A stretch of 64,000 nt of DNA from Antedon mediterranea (taxonomy: Eukaryota; Animalia; Echinodermata), in NCBI RefSeq assembly GCF_964355755.1, contig NC_092671.1, positions 6,696,001 through 6,760,000 of the forward strand, read 5' to 3'. Made by a program: the position numbers and the translations under genes. Below are positions 1-14,214 of this stretch, piece by piece; within the stretch, counting starts at the first letter, position 1, and the number at the start of each line of letters is the position of its first letter. The notes under the pieces were generated by a model, which was not told the DNA's origin, made no database searches, and saw only the letters and a list, made by a program, of their open reading frames with translations.

Positions 1-44
1 ATTTTACTTACAACACACTCAAATAATTAGAGAAATTAATATTC

Positions 45-315
45 AATCAAGCGAGCGGTTAAGAGAAGGGTGCCATTACCGTACCTAAAGAGCCAACAAT
101 ATTGGCATGGATTCGAGGACTTGCTCCTAGTTATGGTGGTGGAAAAATCTTCTCGGAAAAGGTCCAGTGTACACAGTTTGCCGTGTGCATATTAAAGAAC
201 CCAGTTCAACATTCGAGACGAGTAAGGGGTTACCCTGGTGAGCTGGTTTACAAAATAGCCCCATACCCTGTATCAGGGGGATTACCAATTATCTGATAGG
301 ACAATGATTAATTTA
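45..315 (+). mobile_element. tRNA-headed SINE with Meta-domain-like centre (diverged copy)
   Basis: Alignable to the reverse complement of 63447-63750. Contains A-box-like GCGAGCGGTT, B-box-like GGATTCGAG and TCTTCTCGGA..AGGTCC..GCA..TTAAAGAACCC. Confidence 0.65.
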
Positions 316-593
316 CTATTGGTACAATACAGAAAGAAATTACTGCTTCGTATCTACGCGTAACCTTTCGTAGCCTACGCATAGGTAGATTGTATGTCAT
401 TGTTCTCTGAACGTAGCCTACGAAGTATTGTTCGTAGCCTACGATGTATTGTTATGATAATTATCTAAGCGTTGATCGTAGGGTGGTTCGTATGGTTAAT
501 AATCCTTGGCCACATGTGCTTAAAAGACATAAAATAAAAAATACTTCTATGATGATGTGCAAATAATTATTATTATTTTATTTTTATTATTAG

Positions 594-2363
<1,770 letters not shown>

Positions 2364-2475
2364 TTGTGTAACCAGCGTGTGATTCAGATTTAACTGCTTG
2401 AGATAAATTTCCTGATGATTGATCAACTAGCATTCATGTTTCAAAGTTCCAGTCATCCATTTGTAAAAAGTACAG

Positions 2476-2730
2476 TACCTGATGAAGAAGTCTACCTGAT
2501 GAAGAAATGTACCTGATGAAGAAATGTACCTGATGAAAAAGTCTATCTGATGAAGAAGTATACCTGATGGAGAAGTGTATTTGATGAAGAAGTGTATCTG
2601 ATGAAGAAGTGTATCTGATGGAGAAGTGTATCTGATGAAGAAGTGTACCTGAAGGAGAAGTGTATCTGATGAAGAGGTCTACCTGATGGAGAAGTGTATC
2701 TGATGAAGAAGTTTATCTAATGAAGAAGAA
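2476..2730 (+). repeat. 17-bp minisatellite (TAYCTGATGRAGAAGTS), about 15 copies, in the probable MyD88 3' UTR
   Basis: Directly visible tandem units starting about 110 bp after the stop codon. Confidence 0.9.
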
Positions 2731-3029
2731 GTCTTTCTATATATAGACATATATATATGAACCTAAGATCTGACTTACTTTGACTTTTATTAGGTAGAAG
2801 ATTAATAAGAATAAAGTTGTACAGTACATCTAAAAATAATTTTAAAATCAGAGTGTGCTGCAGATCTAAATACTTTCTCAGAACATTCCATTATAAGACG
2901 TTAGGATTCTTCTGAATATATTTTGTTTTAAATATTGGATATTATATTATGATATGTCAACTAATATATACCATAATTCATTCTATACTGTAAGCATACA
3001 ATTCCTTATGTAGCTCATAGTAATAGGAT

Positions 3030-5360
3030 ATATTACAGGATTTTTTTCAAAAAATGGCCATAATATCGACTTGTAAAATTAAATTAATAGGGTTGAAATT
3101 TGACTAAAAAATTAATTTTATAGTTGATATTTTGGCAAAAAAATTTAAATGTTTACCTTTTTATTTTTTAACATAACTGGTTACTATATGAGAATTTGAG
3201 ATGCGCTGACTCACATAATATGTTCTGAGCATGTTATCTCAATATATATTTCTGCGCATGTTTATTATGCTATAGTAACCATTTATGTCAAAAACTAGTT
3301 ACTACAGCACAATTGACATGCGCAGAACCCATTATTCGTCTCTGCGCATGTTTATTATGCAATAATAACCATTTATGTGAAAAAATAAAAAGGGTCGAAA
3401 ATCGGCCATTTTTCGACCTTTTTATTTTTCGATAAAACTGGTTAATATAGCACAATTAACATGCGCAGAACCCATTATTTGCCTCTGCGCATGTTTATTA
3501 TGCTAGTAACCATTTATGTCAAAAACTGTTTACTATAGCACAATTGACATGCGCAGAACCCATTATTCGTCTCTGTGCATGTTTATTATGCAATAGTAAC
3601 CCTTTATGTGAAAAAATTAAAGGGTCGAAAATCGGTCATTTTTCGAAAATTACCCTGTACTATAGTAGGCCTACAGGGATTTTTTCCAAAAATGGCAAAT
3701 TTTCGACCTTTTAATTTTTCGATAAAACTGGTTACTATAGCACAATTAACATGTGCAGAACCCATTAGTCGACTCTGCGCATGTTTATTATGCTATAGTA
3801 ACCATTTATGTCAAAACTAGTTACTATAGCACAATTGACATGCGCAGAACCCATTATTCGTCTCTGCGCATGTTTATTATGCAATAGTAACCATTTATGT
3901 CAAAAAATAAAAGGGTCGAAAATCGGCCATTTTTCGAAAGTTTACCTGTACTATATATAGTACAGGGATTTTTTTTTTAAATGGTCAATTTTCGACCTTT
4001 TTATTTTTCGATAAAACTGGTTACATAGCACAATTAACATGCGCAGAACCCATTAGTCGACTCTGCGCATGTTTATTATGCAATAGTAACCATTTATGTC
4101 AAAAAATAAAAAGGGTCGAAAATCGGCCATTTTTTGAAAATTTGCCTGTACTATAGTACAGAGATTTTTCCAAAAAATGCGCAGAACCTATTATTTGTCT
4201 CTGCGCATGTTTATTATGCTATAGTAACCATTTATGTCAAAAACTGGTTACTATAGCACAATTTACATGCGCACAACCCATTATTCGTCTCTGTGCATGT
4301 TTATTATGCAATAGTAACCATTTATGTCAAAAAATAAAAGGGTCGAAAATCGGCCATTTTTCGAAAATTTACCTGTACTATAGCACAGGGATTTTTTCAA
4401 AAAATGGCCAATTTTCGACCTTTTTATTTTTCGATAAAACTGGTTACATAGCACAATTAACATGCGCAGAACCCATTAGTCGACTCTGCGCATGTTTATT
4501 ATGCTATAGTAACCATTTATGTCAAAAACTGGTTACTATAGCACAATTGACATGCGCAGAACCCATTATTCGTCTCTGCGCATGTTAATTATGCAATAGT
4601 AACCATTTATATCAAAAAATAAAAAAGGTCGAAAATCGGCCATTTTTCGAAAATTTTCCTGTACTTTTCAAAAAATGGTCAATTTTCGACCTTTTCATTT
4701 TTCGATAAAACTGGTTACTATAGCACAATTAACATGCGCAGAGCCCATTAGTCGACTCTGCGCATGTTTATTATGCAATAGTAACCATTTATGTCAAAAC
4801 TGGTTACAATAGCACAATTGACATGCGCAGAACTCATTATTCGTCTCTGCGCATGTTTATTATGCAATAGTACGGTAACCCTTTATGTCAAAAAATAAAA
4901 GGGTCGAAAATCGGCCATTTTTCGAAAATTTCCCTGTACTATAGTACAGGGATTTTTTTTTTAAACTGGCCAATTTTCGACCTTTTTATTTTTCGATAAA
5001 ACTGGTTACTATAGCACAATTACCATGCGCAGAGCCCATTAGTCGACTCTGCGCATGTTTATTATGCAATAGTAACCATTTATGTCAAAAAATAAAAATG
5101 GTCGAAAATCGGCCATTTTTCGAAAATTTTCCTGTACTTTAGTACAGAGAAATTTTCGAAAAATGATAAACTTTCGACCCTTTTATTTTTTGACAAAACT
5201 GGTTACTACGACTCTACAAGATGATTATAACGCAATATATGCGCATTTATGGCAATATTATTGCATAACAATTGAAGTTTAAAAAATCCATATTTTTGCC
5301 ATTTCGAAAAAATCCTTGTACTAGTACAGGTACATTTTCGAACATTGTTCTGCGCATGTC
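3030..5360. repeat. Complex satellite made of two alternating palindromic modules
   Basis: Module A (about 80 bp): GGTTACTATAGCA..CATGCGCAGA-loop-TCTGCGCATG..TGCTATAGTAACC. Module B (about 110 bp): AAGGGTCGAAAATCGGCCATTTTT..CCTGTACTATAGTACAGG..AAAAATGGCCAATTTTCGACCTT. Confidence 0.9.
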
Positions 5361-5751
5361 AACTCAATATAGATATAGTATAAAATTTGCATATTTAAAA
5401 CATATTTTGTTAATGAGTAACTAATTTTTAAAATAATTGGTTTAATGTTCATGATGAGATATTATCGGTTTTGTTTTGGGGTTTGGCGGGTTTCCCTGTG
5501 TATACTAATGGAGATACAGATTAATACGCTCTCAATAAAATAATAATAATAACATTATTTAAAACTTCCGTAAGGAAATACGAAAATGAAAGTGACTTCT
5601 GTTTATTTATTCAAGAAAAGTTTTCTTTGAATTGATAATAAAGTTTATATTATAGTTTATTTCCTTATTCATATCCTACCGTACAGTTACTGACGTGTTT
5701 TTTAAATATACAAGCGGACAAGTTGCATTTTAATTTACAAGATAAACAAAA

Positions 5752-6990
5752 ATGGGTAAGTAAGGCCTACCTTCAATAACATACGAATAGTTTTAATTTA
5801 AAGACAATGATTTATATTACAAAGATTAAAATAAGGAAGAGGAAAAGTATGTTTTAACAACGAATAAGTGTTATTTTTGATGTTGTATTAATTATTGCTG
5901 TTAGATGATGATAAAATAGAATAAGACAACAGATTAAATGTTATTCATTTTTGTTTTAAGTATAAAAAGATTTATGATTGTTTTAGATGACACGTATACA
6001 ACTACTACCAACATTGCCAGTACATTTGGAACTATATTCAACGAACCAGATAACAAATGGCTGATAAAGTTACGGTTTGTTGTCATAGGCATTGGAATTA
6101 TGCTGAATGTTGGCGTCACTGCAGTTTTCTTGTACATAAAAATGTACAAGAAGTCTTTACTACATGGCTTAATATTTCAGCAGTCGGTAGTAGATCTATT
6201 TGGTTGCTGTATGTTTCTGTTCTTTTACAACCAAGATGCGCCAGACGGAACAGGAGGGTGTGTCTTCTGCAAAGCTCGAGTACTGTACTGGTTCGGAACG
6301 TATACCTCAGTATACAACCTTGTGATGATAACAGTTGAACGTTACATTGCAGTGGTACACCCTCTGACGTACAGAAACAGAAATATTGGCAGAAAATCAG
6401 GATTATTTTACACAATTCCGTACATTATCGGTTTCTTGATCTCCTTTCATCTTGCCATAATCGCCGATGCCAACGAAGAGCTTCCGGGAGAGTGCCGTTA
6501 TAATGAGTCCAGTAAAGCGGTCAGTGTTCTTTCCGGATTGCTGCAGTTTCTTCTGATATTCTTCCTACCTGCTGGTTTTATGATCTTCTGCTACTCACGC
6601 ATTCTGTCAAAAATACATAGAAAATCTCAAGAGAATAAGCAGCATGTTCGTGGCAGAAAACAACCGTATGTCTCCATAAAAAGAAATCTTGTGTTTACGA
6701 TGTTAATCGTGGTTATTGCATTCATTATCACTACAGCACCAAATACCATTATGTACCTAATTTATAATATCTGTCACTGCTTTGCTTTCAGTACCATCAT
6801 TGAGCACGAATTTACAGTTCTCCTTAGCACGTGTAATATGTGTATTAACCCTATCATATATGGGGCAAAGATGGACAATTTCAGAAGCGGTTTGCGCAAA
6901 ATTTGGCGTCGGATATTTAGATTACGGTATGTCGGTGATGAGTCTAGCGCAGTGAATACTTCTCAAAGTATCACAAATACTGGTGTATAA
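5752..6990 (+). CDS. Rhodopsin-class (family A) GPCR, tandem copy 1, about 335 aa
   Basis: Seven hydrophobic segments, TM2 QSVVD, TM3 C...ERY, TM7 NPIIY. Predicted exons 5752-5755 (ATGG|gtaagt) and 5987-6990 (ttttag|). Confidence 0.9.
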
Positions 6991-8290
6991 TTGTATAATG
7001 CAGTATTTTAGGTCAATTTAATGTCGACCATGTCGATCCATCAAATGTGAAAATTGTTCGTAAATGTAACAATTACAATGTAAATCTTAGCCCATAAATG
7101 TAAAATTGTTATACGCCTTTTTTTAATCGGAGTTAAAGGACAACTTTACCGAAAACCATATGTTGACAACGTATTAGGAATGTATAATTATGATTTCAGA
7201 ACACAATTGTGAGATTTACGATATCGCCCCGCGCGCTCGCCGTACAGTCGTCGCCGTAAATTGCTGTGACGTCAAGTGTGCTTAGCAAAATATACCTCAT
7301 GAGTTTTCACTTTTGTTAATATACAAGAGATAATTAGTACTCGTCATTTAAATTGCTAAATTGACCTGCATTAGGCTTAAATTTGCCAAAATATTTGGGC
7401 TGTTATTTTGAAGAAACACTTCAATATCCAGATGGGCAAAAGAAACAATACTAACATTCAACATTTATATTTTTTACAATTTATTTATTACTATACATTT
7501 TCGTTTTATATATTGCAGTAATTGGTCATATCTGTTTAAGAGGAGGGAGGTTTGGAGATTTAAATAAGATAGGCCTAATATTTGATTTTTTAAAGGTCAT
7601 CATCTAAGATGCTCTGATTGGTACCGTGAACTTCCTGAAAATATGGTTAATTATCTGTTGACACTGCAGCTGAAGTAGTATCTTCGGGGTGTTTCGAAAA
7701 CAGAAACCTAAAAAAACAGAGAGACCAGTGACCCCGGGTCTACATAACGTAAATATTAAGAAGTTTTTGTTGGGGGCTCTGTATTTGAGAATTCTCGAAA
7801 CAGACCACCTATATGACGTAATATTGAGAAGTTTAGTGATGGTGTCACATTGGGTCACTGACCTCCGTGTTTTAGGTCTCTGTTTTCGAATCACATAGTA
7901 TCGTTCGTAGAAAACCATATGAAAATAGATAGGCGGAATTAAAAGTTTCAAATATACATTTACAATTGTATATATAAACAAATCAGGCAAATATATAAGT
8001 GATTTTCAAATTTCCTTGTTTATTGTGTTACCTTTTAAGGGAAGCACAATTCTGTCATATTTTTAGATACAATTTAGAATTGGGTACTTCCCTATTTGCG
8101 TCATTATTGAATAAAATGAGATTTGACACTATATTCATTTCTGTGTTTTTTGGGAGCCATTTGTCAAGTTTTTTCTAATTTAGTTCCTTATTGATAGCTT
8201 CCGTACTAGTAATGACGTGTTGTTAAATATATACAAGTGGAAGTTGTGTTGCTATTCTTTTAGTTTAAAGATTACAAGAAAATCGAAAAA

Positions 8291-9695
8291 ATGGGTAAGT
8301 AAGGCCTACCTTCAATGACATACGACTAGTTTTATTTTAAAGACAAGGATTTAGATTACAAAGATTAAAATAAGGAAGGGGAAATTATGTTTTAACAACC
8401 AATATGTTATTTTGATGTTGTATATCTATATAATATTGAGGCAGTTTTAACTTATTTGAATGTATGTTTATATGCCCTGCCTATGCAGCTCTTTGATTTA
8501 TACTGTATTATAGGCCTATTGTCTTTCTATGCATCAATCCTGGTTATAGACGACTTTGGTTGCTCAGGTTTAATTGATGCGGAAATAAAATAAGACAATA
8601 AGAGACAAAAAGGAAAAAAAATCACTTTGCAACAAGTTAATCATTGTTTTAAGTATAAAAGAATGTATGATTGTTTTAGATATGGATGACACGGATACAA
8701 CTACTGACGTTGCCAGTACATTTGGAACTATATTCAACGAACCAGATAACAAATGGCTGATAACTTTACGGTTTGTTGTCATAGGCATTGGAATTATGCT
8801 GAATGTTGGCGTCACTGCAGTTTTCCTGTACATAAAAATGTACAAGAAGTCTTTACTACATGGCTTAATATTTCAGCAGTCGGTAGTAGATCTATTTGGT
8901 TGCTGTATGTTTCTGTTCTTTTACAACCAAGATGCACCAGATGGAACAGGAGGGCGTGTCTTCTGCAAAGCTCGAGTACTGTACTGGTTCGGAACGTATA
9001 CCTCAGTATACAACCTTGTGATGATAACAGTTGAACGTTACATTGCAGTGGTACACCCTCTGACGTACAGAAACAGAAATATTGGCAGAAAATCAGGATT
9101 ATTTTACACAATTCCGTACATTATCGGTTTCTTGATCTCCTTTCATCTTGCCATAATCGCCGATGCCAACGAAGAGCTTCCGGGAGAGTGCCGTTATAAT
9201 GAGTCCAGTAAAGCGGTCAGTGTTCTTTCCGGATTGCTGCAGTTTCTTCTCATATTCTTCCTACCTGCTGGTTTTATGATCTTCTGCTACTCTCGCATTC
9301 TGTCAGAGATACATAGAAGATCTCTAGATAATAAGCAGCATTCCAATAGTAGGAAACAACTGTATGTCTCCATAAAAAGAAATCTTGTGTTTACAATGTT
9401 AATCGTGGTTATTGCATTCATTATCACTACAGCACCAAATACCAGTATGTACTTAATTTATAATATCTGTCAATGCTTTGCTTTCAGTATCATCATTGAA
9501 CACGAGTTTACAGTGCTCCTTAGCACGTGTAATATGTGTATTAACCCTATAATATATGGGGCAAAGATGGACAATTTCAGAAGCGGCGTGCGTAAAATTT
9601 GGCGACAATTAATATTACATTTAGGCCTACACAGTGTTGGAGATGAGTCGACTGCAGTAAATACATCACAAAATAAGTCGAAAACAAGTATTTAA
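8291..9695 (+). CDS. Rhodopsin-class GPCR, tandem copy 2, about 339 aa
   Basis: Near-identical to copy 1. Exons 8291-8294 and 8680-9695 join in frame. Confidence 0.9.
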
Positions 9696-12600
9696 GTTTA
9701 CGTCGATTACAAGTGGTTGACAATGAAAGGTATCCTCCGCTTCTCGGATGTCTATCACCATCGACGACCAATCCGATTAAACTTTATATAAATTAGTGAG
9801 TTAGATTCGTTCGCTAGTCTAAATAAAATATATAATAGGCTAAAGAAAGTTATGCCAAATTGAATTTTTAGTAATACCTTTCGACTCTGTGATCGGTGGA
9901 ATGTCTATGAAAGTTTAGTTTTTAAACCGAATTTGTTGTATCTCCACATACTACAATATTTGCTCAGTATCAAAGAAATATCTGTATAATATAGCATCGA
10001 ATTTGCATCACATGTGGTGCCTGTATCATGTTAGGTTAAGGGTTAGGTTTTGGTATGTGATGTTGTATTACCGAGTATTCCTGATACTGGAGACATACGT
10101 CATCTAGATTATCTAGCCGATACTGGAGGCCTATTATTGTACCCCAAAAACATGAATCAGAATAGGCCTTTTACAGTTTAAAATAAAAGTTATTCTCTTC
10201 TGCAGAAAATAAACGGAAACAACATTTTAATTATAAAAACAAACAAAAACACAGTTAAATCTAATAAAAAAAACTTGTTTCTTTAAAATACAGTTTTTCA
10301 TGGGGACAATACTGTATATCTTTAATTCGCTTGAAATTACAGTTTTTTCGGGCAAATATTTTCTTGATTTAATTTTTTGTCAAAGTGAATACTATAACTG
10401 TTATGCGACATTAAAATGGCATAAACAAAAAAAAATTAATTTGTCATGGGAACAACTGTATACTGTATTTTTAACTAAAATATGTTGTATTAATTGGACA
10501 AAATAAAATTCTTTGGTTCAAAATAAACATAACAACAATATCACGTGTATGTATTTAATAATAATATTACTGTATATGGTATATTATGATTTTAAAAATC
10601 TTAAAACAAAAATAATCAGATATGATATGATTTATTTTTAACTTTCTGAATTTACATAAATGTTGGCCAGTGTAGTTGAATGTACTTTTATCAGAAAAAA
10701 AACGAAAATAAAAACAAACAGATATTTTTAATCTGTTTATTGTGTTACTTAAAAGTACTAACATACTTGTCTACTGTAACTTCCTAGTTTATTTTAAGTA
10801 TTATACAGCAATATTGAGAAGTTTTTGTTTGGGCCTCTGTTTTTGAGAAATCTAAAAAACGAAGACTAGTGAGAAGTTTAGTGAGGGTCTCACATTGGGT
10901 CACTGGTATGGTCTCCGTTTTTGAGTCACAATAGATCGTCCGTAGAAAAAACAATATAAAAAAAGACGGAAATAAAGGTTTAAAATGTATACTTTTACTT
11001 GTATATTGTAAAGTAATTTCAAATATTGAAATGTGTCTATTTCTTTGTTTATTCGGTTACCGACTGCATTATACTTTATAAGGGAAGAATGCACACCACA
11101 ATGGGTAGGCCTAAGTAAATATAATTGTATCAACTAACTATTATTGTAGATACAATTCCTTTAAATTTTCTCTTTCTGAAATAATTTTTCTTTTCAATAG
11201 TTTATATTTTAGTCGGTTTTGTCAGTGAGTAGTCCACAAGTAGTACAAATGTTCTTAATTTACTATATAACATTCCAACTCCCGAAAGCAAATACGAAAA
11301 TGAAAGTGATATTTATTTTTTTGAAAGTGTGATAGCCTATAGTATCCAAACGCATATTGGTTTAGTTCTTTATTGATAGCCTACAATACCATACTATTTT
11401 TTAAACTTTAAGCGGACAAGTTGCGTTGGTAATCGAAAAAATGGGTAAGTAGTAGTAGTAGTAGTATGAGATGTTCTAACTAAAAACAATGGGTTACATT
11501 ACAAGTGATAGAGCAAGCGGGTGTGGGGTAGGTCACCCCATACTTTGTGTCACTATTCATTTAAAAATATGTAAAATTTCGTTGCTTTCAAATAATAACA
11601 AAAATACGGATAGATACAAAATATATACCTAAATATCTTTAGCCTATTCCTACCATTTCTTGTATAATTACAAACAAACAATAGATTATGTTACAAAGAT
11701 TAATCAACTGTTTTGTAAATTTATCGAAAAATGTGTTAAGTTCCTGTAATAAAAATGTCACATTAAATAACACGGGTTGTTTTAATTACAAACAACGGAT
11801 TATAATGTGCTATCAATATTATCAAGTCAATCGGAATACACAATAATGTTTATGTTTAAAAACAAACACGACTTGCATAATATAACTTGAAAAAATGATT
11901 GTTTTAGATACGATGATTAATGGAAATGATACAAATACTATTATTGCAAGCAGGCCTACGTCTGGAACTATAAACAACGAACGTGATCATGGATGGCTGA
12001 TAACGTTACGGTTCGTCGTCGTAGGATTTGGAATTCTTTTGAATGTTGGCGTTTCTGCAGTTTTCTTTTACATAAAAATGTACAAGAAGTCTTTACTACA
12101 TGGCTTAATCTTCCAGCAGTCTATTGTTGATTTACTCGGTTGCTGTACGTTTCTATTCTTCTACAACCAAGATGCACCGGATGGAAGAGCTGGACGTGTC
12201 TTCTGCAAAGCTCGAGCGCTAAACTGGTTCATAACGTATACATCAATTTACAATCTTGTAATGATAACAGTTGAGCGATACATTGCTGTGGTACACCCTC
12301 TGACGTACAGAAACAGAAATATTGGCAGAAAATCAGGCTTATTTTACACAATTCCGTACATTATCGGTTTTTTGATCTCCTTTCATCTTGCCATAATCGC
12401 CGATGCCAACAAAGAGCTTCCGGGAGAGTGCCATTATAATGAGTCCAGTAAAGCGGTCAGTGTTCTTTCCGGATTGCTTCATTTTCTTCTGATATTCTTC
12501 CTACCTGCTGGTTTTATGATATTCTGCTACTCTCGCATTCTGTCAAAGATACATAGAAAATCTCAAGAGAATAAGCAGCATACTAGTAGTAGGAAACAAC

Positions 12601-14020
12601 CATACGTGTCCATAAAAAGAAATCTTGTGTTTACAATGTTAATCGTTGTTATTGCATTTATCATCACTACAGCACCAAATTTCATCATGTACCTAATTTA
12701 CAATATCTGTCACTGCTTTGCTTTCAGTACCATCATTGAGCACGAGTTTACAGTGCTTCTTAGCACTTGTAATATGTGTATTAACCCTATCATATATGGG
12801 GCAAAGATGGACAATTTCAGAAGCGGCGTGCGTAAAATTTGGCGACAAATATTATATTTAGGCCTACACGGTGTTGGAGATGAGTCGACTGCAGTAAATA
12901 CATCACAAAATATTTCGAAAACAAGTGTTTAAGCTTACGACGAAGTTGTTGACAATGAAAGGTATCCTCCGCTTCTCGAATGTCTATCACCATCCACGAC
13001 CAATCCGATTAAACTTTATATAAATTAGTGAGTTAGATTCGTTCGCTAGTCTAAATAACATATATAATAAAGAAAGTTATGCCAAATTGAATTTTTAGTA
13101 ATAACTTTAAACCGAATTTGTTGTATCTCCACATACTACAATATTTGCTCAGTATCAAAGAAATATCTGTATAATATAGCATCGAATTTGCATCACATGT
13201 GGTGCCTGTATCATGTTAGGTTAAGGGTTAGGTTTTGGTATGTGATGTTGTATTACCGAGTATTCCTGATACTGGAGACATACGTCATCTAGATTATCTA
13301 GCCGATACTGTAGGCCTATTATTGTACCCCAAAAACATGAATCAGAATAGGCCTTTTACAGTTTAAAATAAAAGTTATTCTCTTCTGCAGAAAATAAACG
13401 GAAAGAACATTTTAATTATAAAAAGAAAAAAAACACAGTTAAATCTAATAAAAAAAAACTTGTTGCTTTAAAATACAGTTTTTCATGGGGACAATACTGT
13501 ATATCTTTAATTCCCTTGAAATTACAGCTTTTTCATGCAAATATTTTCTTGATTCAATTTTTGGTGAAAGTGAATAATGTACTATAACTGTTATGCGACA
13601 TTAAAATGGCATAAACAAAAACAAAAATTAATTTTTCATGGGAACAATACTGTATACTGTATCTTTAATTAAAATATGTTGTATTAGTTTGGACAAAATA
13701 CAATTCTTTGGTTCAAAATAAACATAACAACAATATCACGTGTATGTATTTAATAATATTACTGTATATGGTATACAGTATTACGATCTTAAAAATCTTA
13801 AACAAAAATAATCAGATATGATATGATTTATTTTTAACTTTCTGAATTTACATAAACGTTGGCCAATGTAGTTGAATGTACTTTTATCAGAAAAAAAAAC
13901 GAAAATAAAAACCAACAGACGAAACTGAAAGTTGCTAATATATTTTTAATCTGATTATTGTATTACTTAAAAGTACTAAAGTACTTGTCTACTGTAACTT
14001 CTTAGAAAGTATAATACAGC
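9560..14020 (+). repeat. Direct segmental duplication: GPCR C-terminus plus about 1.1 kb downstream (about 9560-10810 versus about 12800-14020)
   Basis: Long near-identical non-coding runs, e.g. GGTATCCTCCGCTTCTCG..CCAATCCGATTAAACTTT and GTTAGGTTAAGGGTTAGG..GGAGACATACGTCATCTAG, present in both. Confidence 0.9.
11441..12932 (+). CDS. Rhodopsin-class GPCR, tandem copy 3, about 342 aa
   Basis: Same motifs as copies 1 and 2. Exons 11441-11444 and 11908-12932 join in frame. Confidence 0.9.
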
Positions 14021-14214
14021 ATTATAATTATAGTTACGTTTTATACCTGAAAGTGTGAATCATTCAGTTTCCAACACTTAGTTTAACGACTGCAAGCTTA
14101 GCTAACACTGGGTAAGTAAATATAGTAAAAATGTAACTACTATGGATACTACAGTACTACTGTATTGTTTTTTTTCCAACGTCAACAGACATATGATTGT
14201 TTTTAGATGCAAAG

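Noticed and set aside
2476-2730. Tandem hammerhead ribozymes or C/D snoRNAs (repeated CTGATGA)
   Set aside because: No helix II, GAAA-C..NUH arrangement or terminal stems; the 17-bp spacing is too short.
5934-9111. Overlapping and antisense ORFs within the GPCR genes
   Set aside because: Alternative-frame shadows, repeated only because the genes are duplicated.
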